Positions 9,503-18,285 of a stretch of 64,000 nt of DNA are shown here, in pieces. The DNA comes from Escherichia coli (lineage in GTDB: Bacteria; Pseudomonadota; Gammaproteobacteria; Enterobacterales; Enterobacteriaceae), in the NCBI RefSeq assembly GCF_017348835.2, contig NZ_CP071375.1; one strand, 5' to 3'. The position numbers and the translations under genes were made by a program. The notes beneath the pieces were generated by a model. The model did no database searches, was not told the DNA's origin, and saw only the letters and a program-made list of their open reading frames with translations. Numbering within the stretch: position 1 is the stretch's first letter; each line of letters begins with the position of its first letter.

Positions 9503-12500
9503 ATGAAAACCTATATTTATCAGGACGAAAAATCACATAAATTCTGGGCGGTGGAGCAGCAGAGAAACGAGCTGCATATTACCTGGGGTAAAGTCGGCAC
9601 TAACGGGCAAAGTCAGGTAAAAAGCTTTGCAGATGCTGCGGCGGCGGAAAAAGCGGAACTGAAGCTGATTGCGGAGAAGGTGAAGAAGGGGTATGTGGAG
9701 CAAGTAGACGCTAACGCTCACTCACATGATGCCTCAGCAAAGAAAGTCCTGGTCACAGAGGAAAAAGCCTCAATAAATCACCAGGCAGCAACTAATGGTT
9801 TACCCTGGCTGGCAGATAACGATCCCATTATTCTTCCCCCGAATATTGCCCGCCATGCCCTCAGCCACCGCCTTTGGCCGGGAGAGCCAGTAAAAAAGCC
9901 AACCAAACCCGAGAAACAAAATTTAATTTCCCGATTGGCAAATCGTACTTATCATTATTATAAAAATCTGACTTTCGATTACAGCTCATGCTCTGATGAA
10001 TGGGCTGATGCGATTAGCCAGGCAATCAGCTTAATTAAGGCCCAAAAGACTGAGATACCCGCGCGTACTATGGCGGTACTTACTTTTCTGGAAATATGTT
10101 TTTGTCAGGGCTGGAATGATGAAACCTCACCCGAGTTGCTGGATGAAATTGTAAGCACCTTCGGTATCGAATACGCAACTGAAACTGTCATCTTCTGGTG
10201 GCAAATTGATTTCGATTTTGACTATAAAGATGAACATTTGACTTTCTTTATTAATTATGGAGATAGCAGCAAGGACAGTTATAGAAGGAATAACGACAAA
10301 TTTAGTTTACGTCTGCGTAAACATTTATCACTAGCAGAAGAAGAAGTATGGCAAAATTGCATTGCAAAATTACTCGTTGCGTTACCAGATATATCACTCT
10401 ATCGCCAACCGTTAATTGCCATTTTAATGCCAGAAATACCCGAAGTGGCCCATGAGATCGTACATCGTTTACACCAGGTCGCAGATGTTCCACAACTTGA
10501 AATGTTGAAACTGGTAGCGACAGATCCATTCACGCTCGAAATACTGGAGAACTATCAATACATTGATGTATTTAACACCTATGGTGCCAGTTGGTCAGCT
10601 ACGGTATTACGGGAGCAAGGTATAGCGGCACTGGCTCGCCTGGCTCCCTATGCTGAAGAAGATAATTGCGGTGACGTACTGAAATGTATTAATCATCCGT
10701 TGGCCATTACGGCACTCATCGAAGCCGCCGATACTAATAAACGCTGTTATGAACGACTAATAAAAAGTGCCGAAAATTTTCCTTCTGCAACGATAGTGGC
10801 ATTAGCCGAAGCATTGGTAAAAAAAGATGATAAACGCAAACATATGTTGCTGGTTTCATTACTTAATGCAAATCCTTTATTGGTCGAAAAATTAGTCATC
10901 GGATTATCGTCGCAAGCGGCAAATTTATTGCAACAATGTCAGCAATTGCTGAATAGTCGCAATGAAGATTTTGCAAACTCAGAAATTCTACCAATGGTAC
11001 TAGTCTCGCCGCCCTGGGAAACTCAAAATAAAAATAACGACAACAGTCCTGTGGGTAAATACCCGGCGAAAATCCCCCCTTTGCCGTTGTTTTATCAACC
11101 TCCATTATGGACTCGCCCGAAACTCAAAAATAGCAGCAAGGTACTGCCAGATAGCGCCCTCCTCCACCTCGGTGAAATGCTCCGCTTCCCTCAGGAAGAG
11201 GCTCTGTATCCGGGATTATTGCAGGTGAAAGATGCCTGTACCGCCGACTCACTGGCTGAATTTGCCTGGGATCTGTTTACCGCCTGGCTGACTGCGGGCG
11301 CACCGTCGAAAGAGAGTTGGGCGTTCACTGCGTTAGGCGTTCTTGGTAACGATGACACCGCTCGCAAACTGACGCCATTAATCCGCGCCTGGCCTGGTGA
11401 ATCCCAGCATAAACGCGCCACCGTCGGGCTTGATATCCTCGCCGCTATCGGTAGTGATATCGCCCTGATGCAGCTTAACGGCATTGCTCAGAAACTGAAA
11501 TTCAAAGCTTTACAGGAGCGGGCGAAAGAGAAAATTGCCGACATTGCTGAAAGCCGCGAACTCACGGTGGCGGAGCTTGAAGATCGGTTAGCACCAGATC
11601 TCGGTCTGGATGATAACGGTTCGTTGCTGCTGGATTTCGGCTCACGCCAGTTCACCGTCAGCTTTGATGAAACCTTAAAACCGTTTGTGCGTGATGTTTC
11701 TGGCAGCCGTCTGAAAGACCTGCCCAAACCAAACAAAAGCGATGATGAATCACAGGCGAACGATGCTGTTAACCGCTACAAACTGCTGAAAAAAGATGCG
11801 CGTACCGTCGCCGCCCAGCAGGTAGCAAGGCTGGAATCCGCCATGTGCCTGCGTCGCCGCTGGTCACCGGAAAACTTTCAGCTCTTCCTGGTTGAGCATC
11901 CGCTGGTTCGCCACTTAACCCGCCGTCTGATTTGGGGCGTTTATAGCGCCGAAAACCAGCTGCAGGCTTGCTTTCGCGTAGCGGAAGATAACAGCTACAG
12001 CACCGCTGACGATGATCTTTTCACCCTGCCGGAAGGCGATATCTCTATTGGTATTCCTCACGTTCTGGAAATATCACCGACGGATGCTGCCGCCTTTGGT
12101 CAGCTTTTTGCCGACTACGAACTGTTACCACCGTTCCGCCAGCTTGACCGTAACAGTTACGCCCTGACAGAAGCCGAGCGCAACGCCAGCGAACTGACCC
12201 GCTGGGCAGGCAGAAAATGCCCGAGCGGTCGGGTAATGGGGCTGGCGAATAAAGGCTGGATAAAGGGCGAACCACAGGATGGAGGCTGGATCGGCTGGAT
12301 GATCAAACCTCTGGGCCGCTGGTCGTTAATCATGGAAATCGATGAAGGCTTTGCAGTGGGTATGTCACCAGCCGAACTTAGCGCTGAGCAGCTCTTAAGC
12401 AAGCTGTGGCTATGGGAAGGCAAAGCGGAAAGCTATGGCTGGGGGAGTAATTCAACACAGGAAGCGCAGCTCTCCGTACTCGATGCCATCACCGCCAGCG

Positions 12501-12535
12501 AGCTAATTAACGATATTGAAGCCCTGTTTGAATAA
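9503..12535 (+). CDS. MolR-family paralog, copy 2: WGR-like N-terminus plus conserved C-terminal region
   Basis: 1010 aa ORF starting 13 nt after copy 1; N-terminal 65 aa nearly identical to copy 1, with a 34 nt identical DNA run at 5705-5738 and 9518-9551; C-terminus ends ...ITASELINDIEALFE like copy 1. Confidence 0.85.
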   Translation: MKTYIYQDEKSHKFWAVEQQRNELHITWGKVGTNGQSQVKSFADAAAAEKAELKLIAEKVKKGYVEQVDANAHSHDASAKKVLVTEEKASINHQAATNGLPWLADNDPIILPPNIARHALSHRLWPGEPVKKPTKPEKQNLISRLANRTYHYYKNLTFDYSSCSDEWADAISQAISLIKAQKTEIPARTMAVLTFLEICFCQGWNDETSPELLDEIVSTFGIEYATETVIFWWQIDFDFDYKDEHLTFFINYGDSSKDSYRRNNDKFSLRLRKHLSLAEEEVWQNCIAKLLVALPDISLYRQPLIAILMPEIPEVAHEIVHRLHQVADVPQLEMLKLVATDPFTLEILENYQYIDVFNTYGASWSATVLREQGIAALARLAPYAEEDNCGDVLKCINHPLAITALIEAADTNKRCYERLIKSAENFPSATIVALAEALVKKDDKRKHMLLVSLLNANPLLVEKLVIGLSSQAANLLQQCQQLLNSRNEDFANSEILPMVLVSPPWETQNKNNDNSPVGKYPAKIPPLPLFYQPPLWTRPKLKNSSKVLPDSALLHLGEMLRFPQEEALYPGLLQVKDACTADSLAEFAWDLFTAWLTAGAPSKESWAFTALGVLGNDDTARKLTPLIRAWPGESQHKRATVGLDILAAIGSDIALMQLNGIAQKLKFKALQERAKEKIADIAESRELTVAELEDRLAPDLGLDDNGSLLLDFGSRQFTVSFDETLKPFVRDVSGSRLKDLPKPNKSDDESQANDAVNRYKLLKKDARTVAAQQVARLESAMCLRRRWSPENFQLFLVEHPLVRHLTRRLIWGVYSAENQLQACFRVAEDNSYSTADDDLFTLPEGDISIGIPHVLEISPTDAAAFGQLFADYELLPPFRQLDRNSYALTEAERNASELTRWAGRKCPSGRVMGLANKGWIKGEPQDGGWIGWMIKPLGRWSLIMEIDEGFAVGMSPAELSAEQLLSKLWLWEGKAESYGWGSNSTQEAQLSVLDAITASELINDIEALFE

Positions 12536-12544
12536 GGAAAGAGC

Positions 12545-15500
12545 ATGGACAAGGAATTACCGTGGCTGGCTGATAACGCCCAACTGGAACTGAAATATAA
12601 AAAGGGTAAAACACCACTCAGCCATCGCAATTGGCCGGGCGAACCAGTGCCTGTTATCACTGAAAGCATCATTCAGACACTGGGTGATGAATTGCTACAA
12701 AAAGCTGAGAAGAAAAAAAACATTGTCTGGCGTTATGAAAATTTTTCACTGGAGTGGCAGTCCGCCATCACGCAGGCCATCAACTTGATCGGCGAACACA
12801 AACCCTCAATCCCGGCCCGGACAATGGCGGCGCTAGCCTGTATCGCGCAAAATGACAGCCAACAGTTGCTCGACGAAATCGTCCAACAAGAGGGGCTGGA
12901 ATATGCGACTGAGGTGGTGATTGCACGCCAGTTTATTGCGCGGTGTTATGAGAGTGATCCTCTGGTAGTGACATTGCAGTATCAGGACGAGGATTATGGC
13001 TATGGTTATCGCTCAGAAACCTATAACGAATTCGATCTCCGACTGCGTAAGCATCTCTCTCTGGCAGAGGAAAGCTGCTGGCAGCGTTGCGCCGACAAAC
13101 TCATTGCCGCACTACCAGGAATAACCAAAGTTCGCCGCCCTTTTATTGCGCTGATCCTCCCGGAAAAACCAGAAATAGCCAATGAGTTGGTAGGCCTTGA
13201 ATGCCCGCGAACTCATTTTCATTCTAAGGAGTGGTTAAAAGTTGTTGCTAATGACCCCACAGCGGTGAGAAAACTCGAACACTACTGGAGCCAGGATATA
13301 TTTAGCGATCGAGAAGCCAGCTACATGTCGCATGAAAACCACTTCGGCTACGCGGCCTGCGCCTCCCTTTTGCGCGAACAAGGACTGGCAGCCGTTCCGC
13401 GCCTGGCAATGTATGCTCATAAAGAAGATTGCGGCAGTCTGCTGGTACAAATTAACCATCCGCAAGTCATCCGCACCTTGCTGTTAGTTGCTGATAAAAA
13501 CAAACCCAGCCTGCAACGTGTGGCTAAATACAGTAAAAACTTCCCCCATGCGACGCTCGCCGCACTGGCAGAACTGCTGGCGTTAAAAGAACCACCAGCC
13601 CGCCCTGGTTATCCAATCATCGAAGACAAAAAGCTGCCTGCACAGCAAAAAGCTCGAGATGAATACTGGCGTACGCTGTTACAAACGCTGATGGCATCGC
13701 AGCCACAACTGGCAGCAGAAGTGATGCCGTGGTTAAGTACTCAAGCCAGGGCAGTGCTGAAGAGTTATTTATCGGCACTGCCAAAACCGGTTATTGATGG
13801 CACCGATAACAGCAATCTGCCTGAAATCCTCGTTTCACCACCGTGGCGTAGTAAGAAAAAAATGACAGCTCCACGTCTTGATTTGGCACGGCTCGAATTA
13901 ACTCCGCAAGTTTACTGGCAACCAGGCGAACGAGAGAGGCTTGCCGCCACTGAGCCTGCCCGTTATTTCAGCACGGAATCTCTTGCGGAACGCATGGAAC
14001 AAAAAAGTGGACGAGTTGTATTACAGGAACTGGGTTTTGGGGATGATGTATGGCTGTTTTTGAATTATATACTCCCCGGAAAACTGGATGCTGCACGCAA
14101 TTCACTCATTGTTGAGTGGCATTACTACCAGGGGCGGGTTGAAGAGATCCTGAATGGCTGGAACTCCCCGGAAGCACAATTAGCAGAACAGGCGCTTCGC
14201 AGCGGTCACGTAGAAGCGTTAATTAACATATGGGAAAATGACAACTACTCACGTTATCGTCCGGAAAAGAGTGTCTGGAACCTGTATTTATTGGCACAGT
14301 TGCCGCGTGAGATGGCTTTGACCTTCTGGCTGCGTATCAATGAGAAAAAACATCTGTTCGCGGGTGAGGACTATTTTCTCAGTATCCTCGGATTGGATGC
14401 GCTACCAGGTCTGCTGTTGGCTTTTTCACATCGTCCAAAAGAAACATTTCCGTTAATTTTAAATTTTGGCGCAACAGAACTGGCCCTGCCTGTTGCCCGC
14501 GTCTGGCGACGTTTCGCGGTGCAGCGTGATCTGGCTCGCCAGTGGATTTTACAATGGCCGGAACATACGGCTACTGCACTTATCCCTCTTGTCTTCACCA
14601 AATCTAGCGATAAAAGCGAAGCTGCATTACTTGCCCTGCGTTTACTTTACGAACATGGGCATGGCGAATTGCTACAAACTGTAGCCAATCGTTGGCAGCG
14701 TACAGATCTATGGCCTGCCCTGGAACAATTACTTAAACAGAGTCCAATAGAGATTTACCCGGCACGCATTCCAAAAGCCCCTGATTTCTGGCATCCGCAA
14801 ATGTGGTCCAGGCCGCGCCTTATCACTAATAATCAAACTGTTACCGATGACGCTCTGGAAATTATCGGCGAAATGCTGCGCTTTACCCAGGGGGGACGTT
14901 TTTATAGCTGGCTGGAACAACTGAAAACGTTCTGCCAGCCACAAACGCTGGCAGCTTTTGCCTGGGATCTCTTCACTGCGTGGCAACAAGCTGGTGCCCC
15001 CGCAAAAGACAACTGGGCATTTCTGGCGTTAAGTCTCTTTGGTGACGAAAGCACGGCACGGGATCTGACGACACAGATCCTCGCCTGGCCACAAGAAGGC
15101 AAATCTGCCCGTGCTGTCAGCGGCCTGAACATCCTTACCCTGATGAATAATGATATGGCGCTGATACAGCTGCATCATATATCGCAACGGGCTAAATCCC
15201 GCCCCTTACGTGATAACGCGGCGGAATTTCTTCAGGTGGTCGCAGAAAATCGCGGGCTAAGCCAGGAAGAGCTAGCGGACAGATTAGTCCCAACCCTGGG
15301 CCTTGATGATCCGCAGGCGTTGAGTTTTGATTTTGGTCCCCGGCAGTTTACCGTTCGCTTCGATGAAAACCTCAACCCGGTTATCTTTGATCAGCAAAAC
15401 GTTCGCCAGAAAAGCGTTCCCCGGTTGCGCGCCGATGACGATCAACTGAAAGCGCCCGAGGCACTGGCCCGACTAAAAGGGCTAAAAAAAGATGCCACTC

Positions 15501-16177
15501 AGGTGAGCAAAAACCTGCTCCCGCGTCTTGAAACGGCCCTACGTACCACCCGACGCTGGTCGCTGGCAGATTTTCATTCTCTGTTTGTTAATCATCCCTT
15601 TACCCGTCTGGTTACCCAGCGATTAATATGGGGGGCTTATCCGGCAAATGAACCGCGTTGTTTACTCAACGCCTTTCGTGTGGCCGCAGAGGGGGAGTTC
15701 TGCAATGCGCAAGATGAGCCCATTGGCCTGCCTGCGGATGCTCTGATTGGCATTGCCCACCCGTTAGAAATGGCAGCAGAAATGCGCAGTGAATTTGCAC
15801 AGCTTTTTGCCGATTACGAAATTATGCCGCCTTTTCGCCAGTTGGCGCGGCGCACGGTGCTGCTGACGCCTGACGAGTCAGCCAGTAACAGCCTGACTCG
15901 CTGGGAAGGTAAATCCGCTACCGTTGGGCAACTTATGGGAATGCGATACAAAGGCTGGGAGTCAGGCTATGAGGACGCATTTGTCTATGACTTAAGTGAA
16001 TACCGGCTGGTCCTTAAGTTTTCACCCGGTTTTAACCACTACAATGTTGATAGCAAAGCGCTAATGAGCTTCCGTTCTCTTCGAGTGTACCGTGACAATA
16101 AATCCGTCACTTTTGCCGAACTTGATGTGTTTGATTTGAGTGAGGCGTTAAGCGCACCTGACGTCATTTTCCATTAA
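12545..16177 (+). CDS. yehI: MolR-family paralog, copy 3: conserved C-terminal region but no WGR module
   Basis: 1210 aa ORF starting 10 nt after copy 2; shares the conserved blocks (e.g. ...FAWDLFTAW...GAPAK.NWAF...) but has a different N-terminus and C-terminal tail. Confidence 0.85.
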   Translation: MDKELPWLADNAQLELKYKKGKTPLSHRNWPGEPVPVITESIIQTLGDELLQKAEKKKNIVWRYENFSLEWQSAITQAINLIGEHKPSIPARTMAALACIAQNDSQQLLDEIVQQEGLEYATEVVIARQFIARCYESDPLVVTLQYQDEDYGYGYRSETYNEFDLRLRKHLSLAEESCWQRCADKLIAALPGITKVRRPFIALILPEKPEIANELVGLECPRTHFHSKEWLKVVANDPTAVRKLEHYWSQDIFSDREASYMSHENHFGYAACASLLREQGLAAVPRLAMYAHKEDCGSLLVQINHPQVIRTLLLVADKNKPSLQRVAKYSKNFPHATLAALAELLALKEPPARPGYPIIEDKKLPAQQKARDEYWRTLLQTLMASQPQLAAEVMPWLSTQARAVLKSYLSALPKPVIDGTDNSNLPEILVSPPWRSKKKMTAPRLDLARLELTPQVYWQPGERERLAATEPARYFSTESLAERMEQKSGRVVLQELGFGDDVWLFLNYILPGKLDAARNSLIVEWHYYQGRVEEILNGWNSPEAQLAEQALRSGHVEALINIWENDNYSRYRPEKSVWNLYLLAQLPREMALTFWLRINEKKHLFAGEDYFLSILGLDALPGLLLAFSHRPKETFPLILNFGATELALPVARVWRRFAVQRDLARQWILQWPEHTATALIPLVFTKSSDKSEAALLALRLLYEHGHGELLQTVANRWQRTDLWPALEQLLKQSPIEIYPARIPKAPDFWHPQMWSRPRLITNNQTVTDDALEIIGEMLRFTQGGRFYSWLEQLKTFCQPQTLAAFAWDLFTAWQQAGAPAKDNWAFLALSLFGDESTARDLTTQILAWPQEGKSARAVSGLNILTLMNNDMALIQLHHISQRAKSRPLRDNAAEFLQVVAENRGLSQEELADRLVPTLGLDDPQALSFDFGPRQFTVRFDENLNPVIFDQQNVRQKSVPRLRADDDQLKAPEALARLKGLKKDATQVSKNLLPRLETALRTTRRWSLADFHSLFVNHPFTRLVTQRLIWGAYPANEPRCLLNAFRVAAEGEFCNAQDEPIGLPADALIGIAHPLEMAAEMRSEFAQLFADYEIMPPFRQLARRTVLLTPDESASNSLTRWEGKSATVGQLMGMRYKGWESGYEDAFVYDLSEYRLVLKFSPGFNHYNVDSKALMSFRSLRVYRDNKSVTFAELDVFDLSEALSAPDVIFH

Positions 16178-16237
16178 AACACAGCGGGCAGTGATGCAAC
16201 TGCCCGTTATCAACACGACTTACCAGCGGGGAAAGCG

Positions 16238-16555
16238 ATGATCGTGCAAAAAGAGCTGGTTGCTATTTACGATTATGAGGTCCCTGTACCTGAAGATCCG
16301 TTTTCCTTCAGACTTGAGATCCATAAATGCTCTGAATTATTTACAGGTTCCGTCTATCGACTGGAGCGATTCCGGCTACATCCAACATTTCGTCAACGTG
16401 ATCGAGAAGATGCTGACCCGCTAATAAATGATGCGTTGATTTATATAAGAGATGAGTGTATTGATGAGCGGAAATTACGAGGTGAATCACCTGAAACTGT
16501 AATAGCAATTTTTAATCGTGAACTACAGAATATATTCAACCAAGAAATAGAATAA
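16238..16555 (+). CDS. yehK: Small cytoplasmic protein of unknown function
   Basis: 105 aa ORF downstream of yehI, preceded by a stem-loop (CGGGCAGT-GATGCAA-CTGCCCG at 16186-16208). Confidence 0.75.
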   Translation: MIVQKELVAIYDYEVPVPEDPFSFRLEIHKCSELFTGSVYRLERFRLHPTFRQRDREDADPLINDALIYIRDECIDERKLRGESPETVIAIFNRELQNIFNQEIE

Positions 16556-16573
16556 TATACTCTAGATAATTCA

Positions 16574-16610
16574 AGTCGCAGCACATGCAACTTGAAGTAT
16601 GACGAGTATA
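16574..16610. repeat. Partial ERIC (IRU) repeat
   Basis: AGTCGCAGCACATGCAACTTGAAGTATGACGAGTATA matches the 3' half of the ERIC copy at 46682-46770. Confidence 0.7.
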
Positions 16611-16617
16611 GCTTTAT

Positions 16618-16645
16618 TAAAGGGGGAAGCGGTTTTCCCCCTTAG
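16618..16645. terminator. Bidirectional hairpin between yehK and the toxin ORF
   Basis: AAGGGGGAA-GCGGTT-TTCCCCCTT perfect stem-loop. Confidence 0.6.
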
Positions 16646-16664
16646 ATGCGTTTCAATTTGCCCG

Positions 16665-16754
16665 TTACTTCAACAAATCAATCAACCGTAACAGAGCTAC
16701 TAATAGCTCCAGTACAGCAATGAGCACGGTTAACTTTTGTGTCAGCGTGTCCAT
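16665..16754 (-). CDS. zorO: 29 aa hydrophobic type I toxin peptide (ZorO-like)
   Basis: Reverse-strand ORF MDTLTQKLTVLIAVLELLVALLRLIDLLK, one predicted TM helix, AGGAG RBS 7 nt upstream, ~175 nt 5' UTR from a TATAAT at 16941-16936; UTR carries a 20-mer complementary to the divergent sRNA. Confidence 0.65.
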   Translation of the reverse strand: MDTLTQKLTVLIAVLELLVALLRLIDLLK

Positions 16755-16935
16755 CCGCTCTCCTTATTAAGGAGCGCAACACCAGCACCTTACCCTTACA
16801 CTGCCTGTCGATACTGGTTTACGTATGTTGGACCACGATGTTGCACTCCGGATCAGGGCACCACCTGCAGCACCACCCGTCCGGTAGCCAGGACTTGAAA
16901 TAGGTTCGATCCGGCGCAACGTCCCAACGGTCTGG

Positions 16936-16986
16936 ATTATAAATCTCATTATCTTAATTGCAACGGGGTCCAGCCGTGGTTATAAT
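16936..16986. promoter_or_regulatory. Back-to-back sigma70 promoters for the toxin mRNA (-) and antitoxin sRNA (+), sharing a palindromic -35
   Basis: Plus strand: TTGCAA (16958-16963), 17 nt spacer, TATAAT (16981-16986). Minus strand: the same palindromic TTGCAA, 16 nt spacer, TATAAT (complement of 16936-16941). Confidence 0.55.
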
Positions 16987-16992
16987 TCGTTC

Positions 16993-17077
16993 GTTGGAAC
17001 ACGATGTTGCACAGGCTGTGGTGTTAGGCCTGAAAATAGTAAATAAAAGAACCTGCCTCACCAGCAGGTTTTTTTAT
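16993..17077 (+). ncRNA. orzO: Candidate antitoxin small RNA (OrzO-like), ~85 nt
   Basis: Predicted start ~7 nt after the consensus -10; 5' end GTTGGAACACGATGTTGCAC repeats 16827-16846 (GTTGGACCACGATGTTGCAC, one mismatch) inside the toxin 5' UTR; ends at terminator ACCTGC-CTCACCA-GCAGGTTTTTTT (17050-17077). Confidence 0.55.
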
Positions 17078-17186
17078 TTACTGTGATCTGCTTTCCAGAT
17101 ATTTTTCGCTCAAACAACTAATGCGCCAAACATTTATTGCGCGTAAAATATCGTTTATTTCATTAATACATTTCAGGGATGAATAT

Positions 17187-18275
17187 ATGTCACCGCAGAA
17201 TAATCATCTGCAGCGTCCGCCTGCTGCTGTGTTATACGCCGATGAACTGGCAAAATTAAAACAAAATGATACCGCACCTTGCCCGCCCGGTTGGCAGTTA
17301 AGTTTGCCTGCGGCCCGTGCTTTTATCCTTGGCGATAGCGCGCAAAATATTAGCCGTAAAGTGGTGATTAGTCCCTCCGCTGTCGAACGTATGTTAGTCA
17401 CTCTTGCCACCGGACGCGGTTTGATGTTGGTGGGGGAACCTGGCAGCGCAAAATCTCTCCTGTCTGAATTACTGGCAACCGCTATTAGCGGCGATGCCGG
17501 GTTAACCATCCAGGGCGGCGCATCTACTACCGAAGATCAAATCAAGTACGGCTTGAACTACGCCCTGCTTATCAATCATGGTCCATCAACGGAAGCGCTG
17601 GTCCCTGCCCCGCTTTACCAGGGAATGCGCGACGGCAAAATCGTCCGTTTTGAAGAGATAACGCGTACACCGCTGGAAGTGCAAGACTGTCTGTTAGGTA
17701 TGCTTTCTGACAGGGTGATGACGGTGCCGGAACTCACTGGTGAAGCCAGTCAGCTCTATGCGCGAGAAGGCTTTAATATTATTGCCACTGCCAATACCCG
17801 CGATCGCGGCGTCAATGAAATGAGTGCTGCGCTAAAGCGTCGCTTCGATTTTGAAACTGTCTTTCCGATTATGGATTTCGTCCAGGAGCTGGAGCTTGTC
17901 GCCAGTGCTTCGGCGCGTTTGCTGGCCCATAGCGGTATTCCGCATAAAGTGCCTGACGCGGTACTGGAGTTACTGGTCCGCACCTTCCGCGATCTGCGTG
18001 CCAACGGCGAAAAGAAAACGTCAATGGATACACTAACAGCGATTATGTCCACCGCTGAAGCCGTGAACGTGGCCCACGCTGTGGGCGTCCGCGCCTGGTT
18101 TTTAGCGAATCGCGCAGGTGAGCCAGCCGATCTGGTGGACTGTATTGCCGGAACCATCGTCAAAGATAACGAAGAAGATCGCGCTCGTCTGCGCCGTTAC
18201 TTCGAACAGCGAGTCGCCATACATAAAGAAGCTCACTGGCAGGCTTATTATCAAGCCCGCCACCGCCTGCCGTGA
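17187..18275 (+). CDS. yehL: MoxR-type AAA+ ATPase
   Basis: Walker A LVGEPGSAKS; Walker-B-like IVRFEEITR (Glu where Asp is usual); sensor-1-like IIATANTRD; RRF arginine finger; start taken at MSPQNNH inside ORF 17121..18275. Confidence 0.85.
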   Translation: MSPQNNHLQRPPAAVLYADELAKLKQNDTAPCPPGWQLSLPAARAFILGDSAQNISRKVVISPSAVERMLVTLATGRGLMLVGEPGSAKSLLSELLATAISGDAGLTIQGGASTTEDQIKYGLNYALLINHGPSTEALVPAPLYQGMRDGKIVRFEEITRTPLEVQDCLLGMLSDRVMTVPELTGEASQLYAREGFNIIATANTRDRGVNEMSAALKRRFDFETVFPIMDFVQELELVASASARLLAHSGIPHKVPDAVLELLVRTFRDLRANGEKKTSMDTLTAIMSTAEAVNVAHAVGVRAWFLANRAGEPADLVDCIAGTIVKDNEEDRARLRRYFEQRVAIHKEAHWQAYYQARHRLP

Positions 18276-18285
18276 GGAAAGATGC

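Noticed and set aside
12545-16177. Possibility that yehI is an N-terminally truncated pseudogene because it lacks the WGR module
   Set aside because: The ORF is uninterrupted for 1210 codons and starts 10 nt after the previous gene; absence of WGR is more likely a genuine architectural difference.
16767-16949. 60 aa minus-strand ORF upstream of the toxin gene
   Set aside because: It falls within the predicted toxin 5' UTR and promoter, has no RBS, and its translation is Gly/Ala/Arg-rich; better explained as untranslated leader.
16560-17120. Possible second tandem toxin-antitoxin copy
   Set aside because: Only one small hydrophobic ORF and one promoter pair are present; the second 20-mer is the antitoxin sRNA 5' end, not a second toxin leader.
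18118-18285. 5' extension of the yehM ORF (track start 18118) overlapping the end of yehL
   Set aside because: The extension lies out of frame inside yehL and has no RBS; the ATG at 18286 (MSEPLIVGIRHH) sits 11 nt after the yehL stop. yehP (20330 vs 20558) and yehL (17121 vs 17187) were trimmed the same way.
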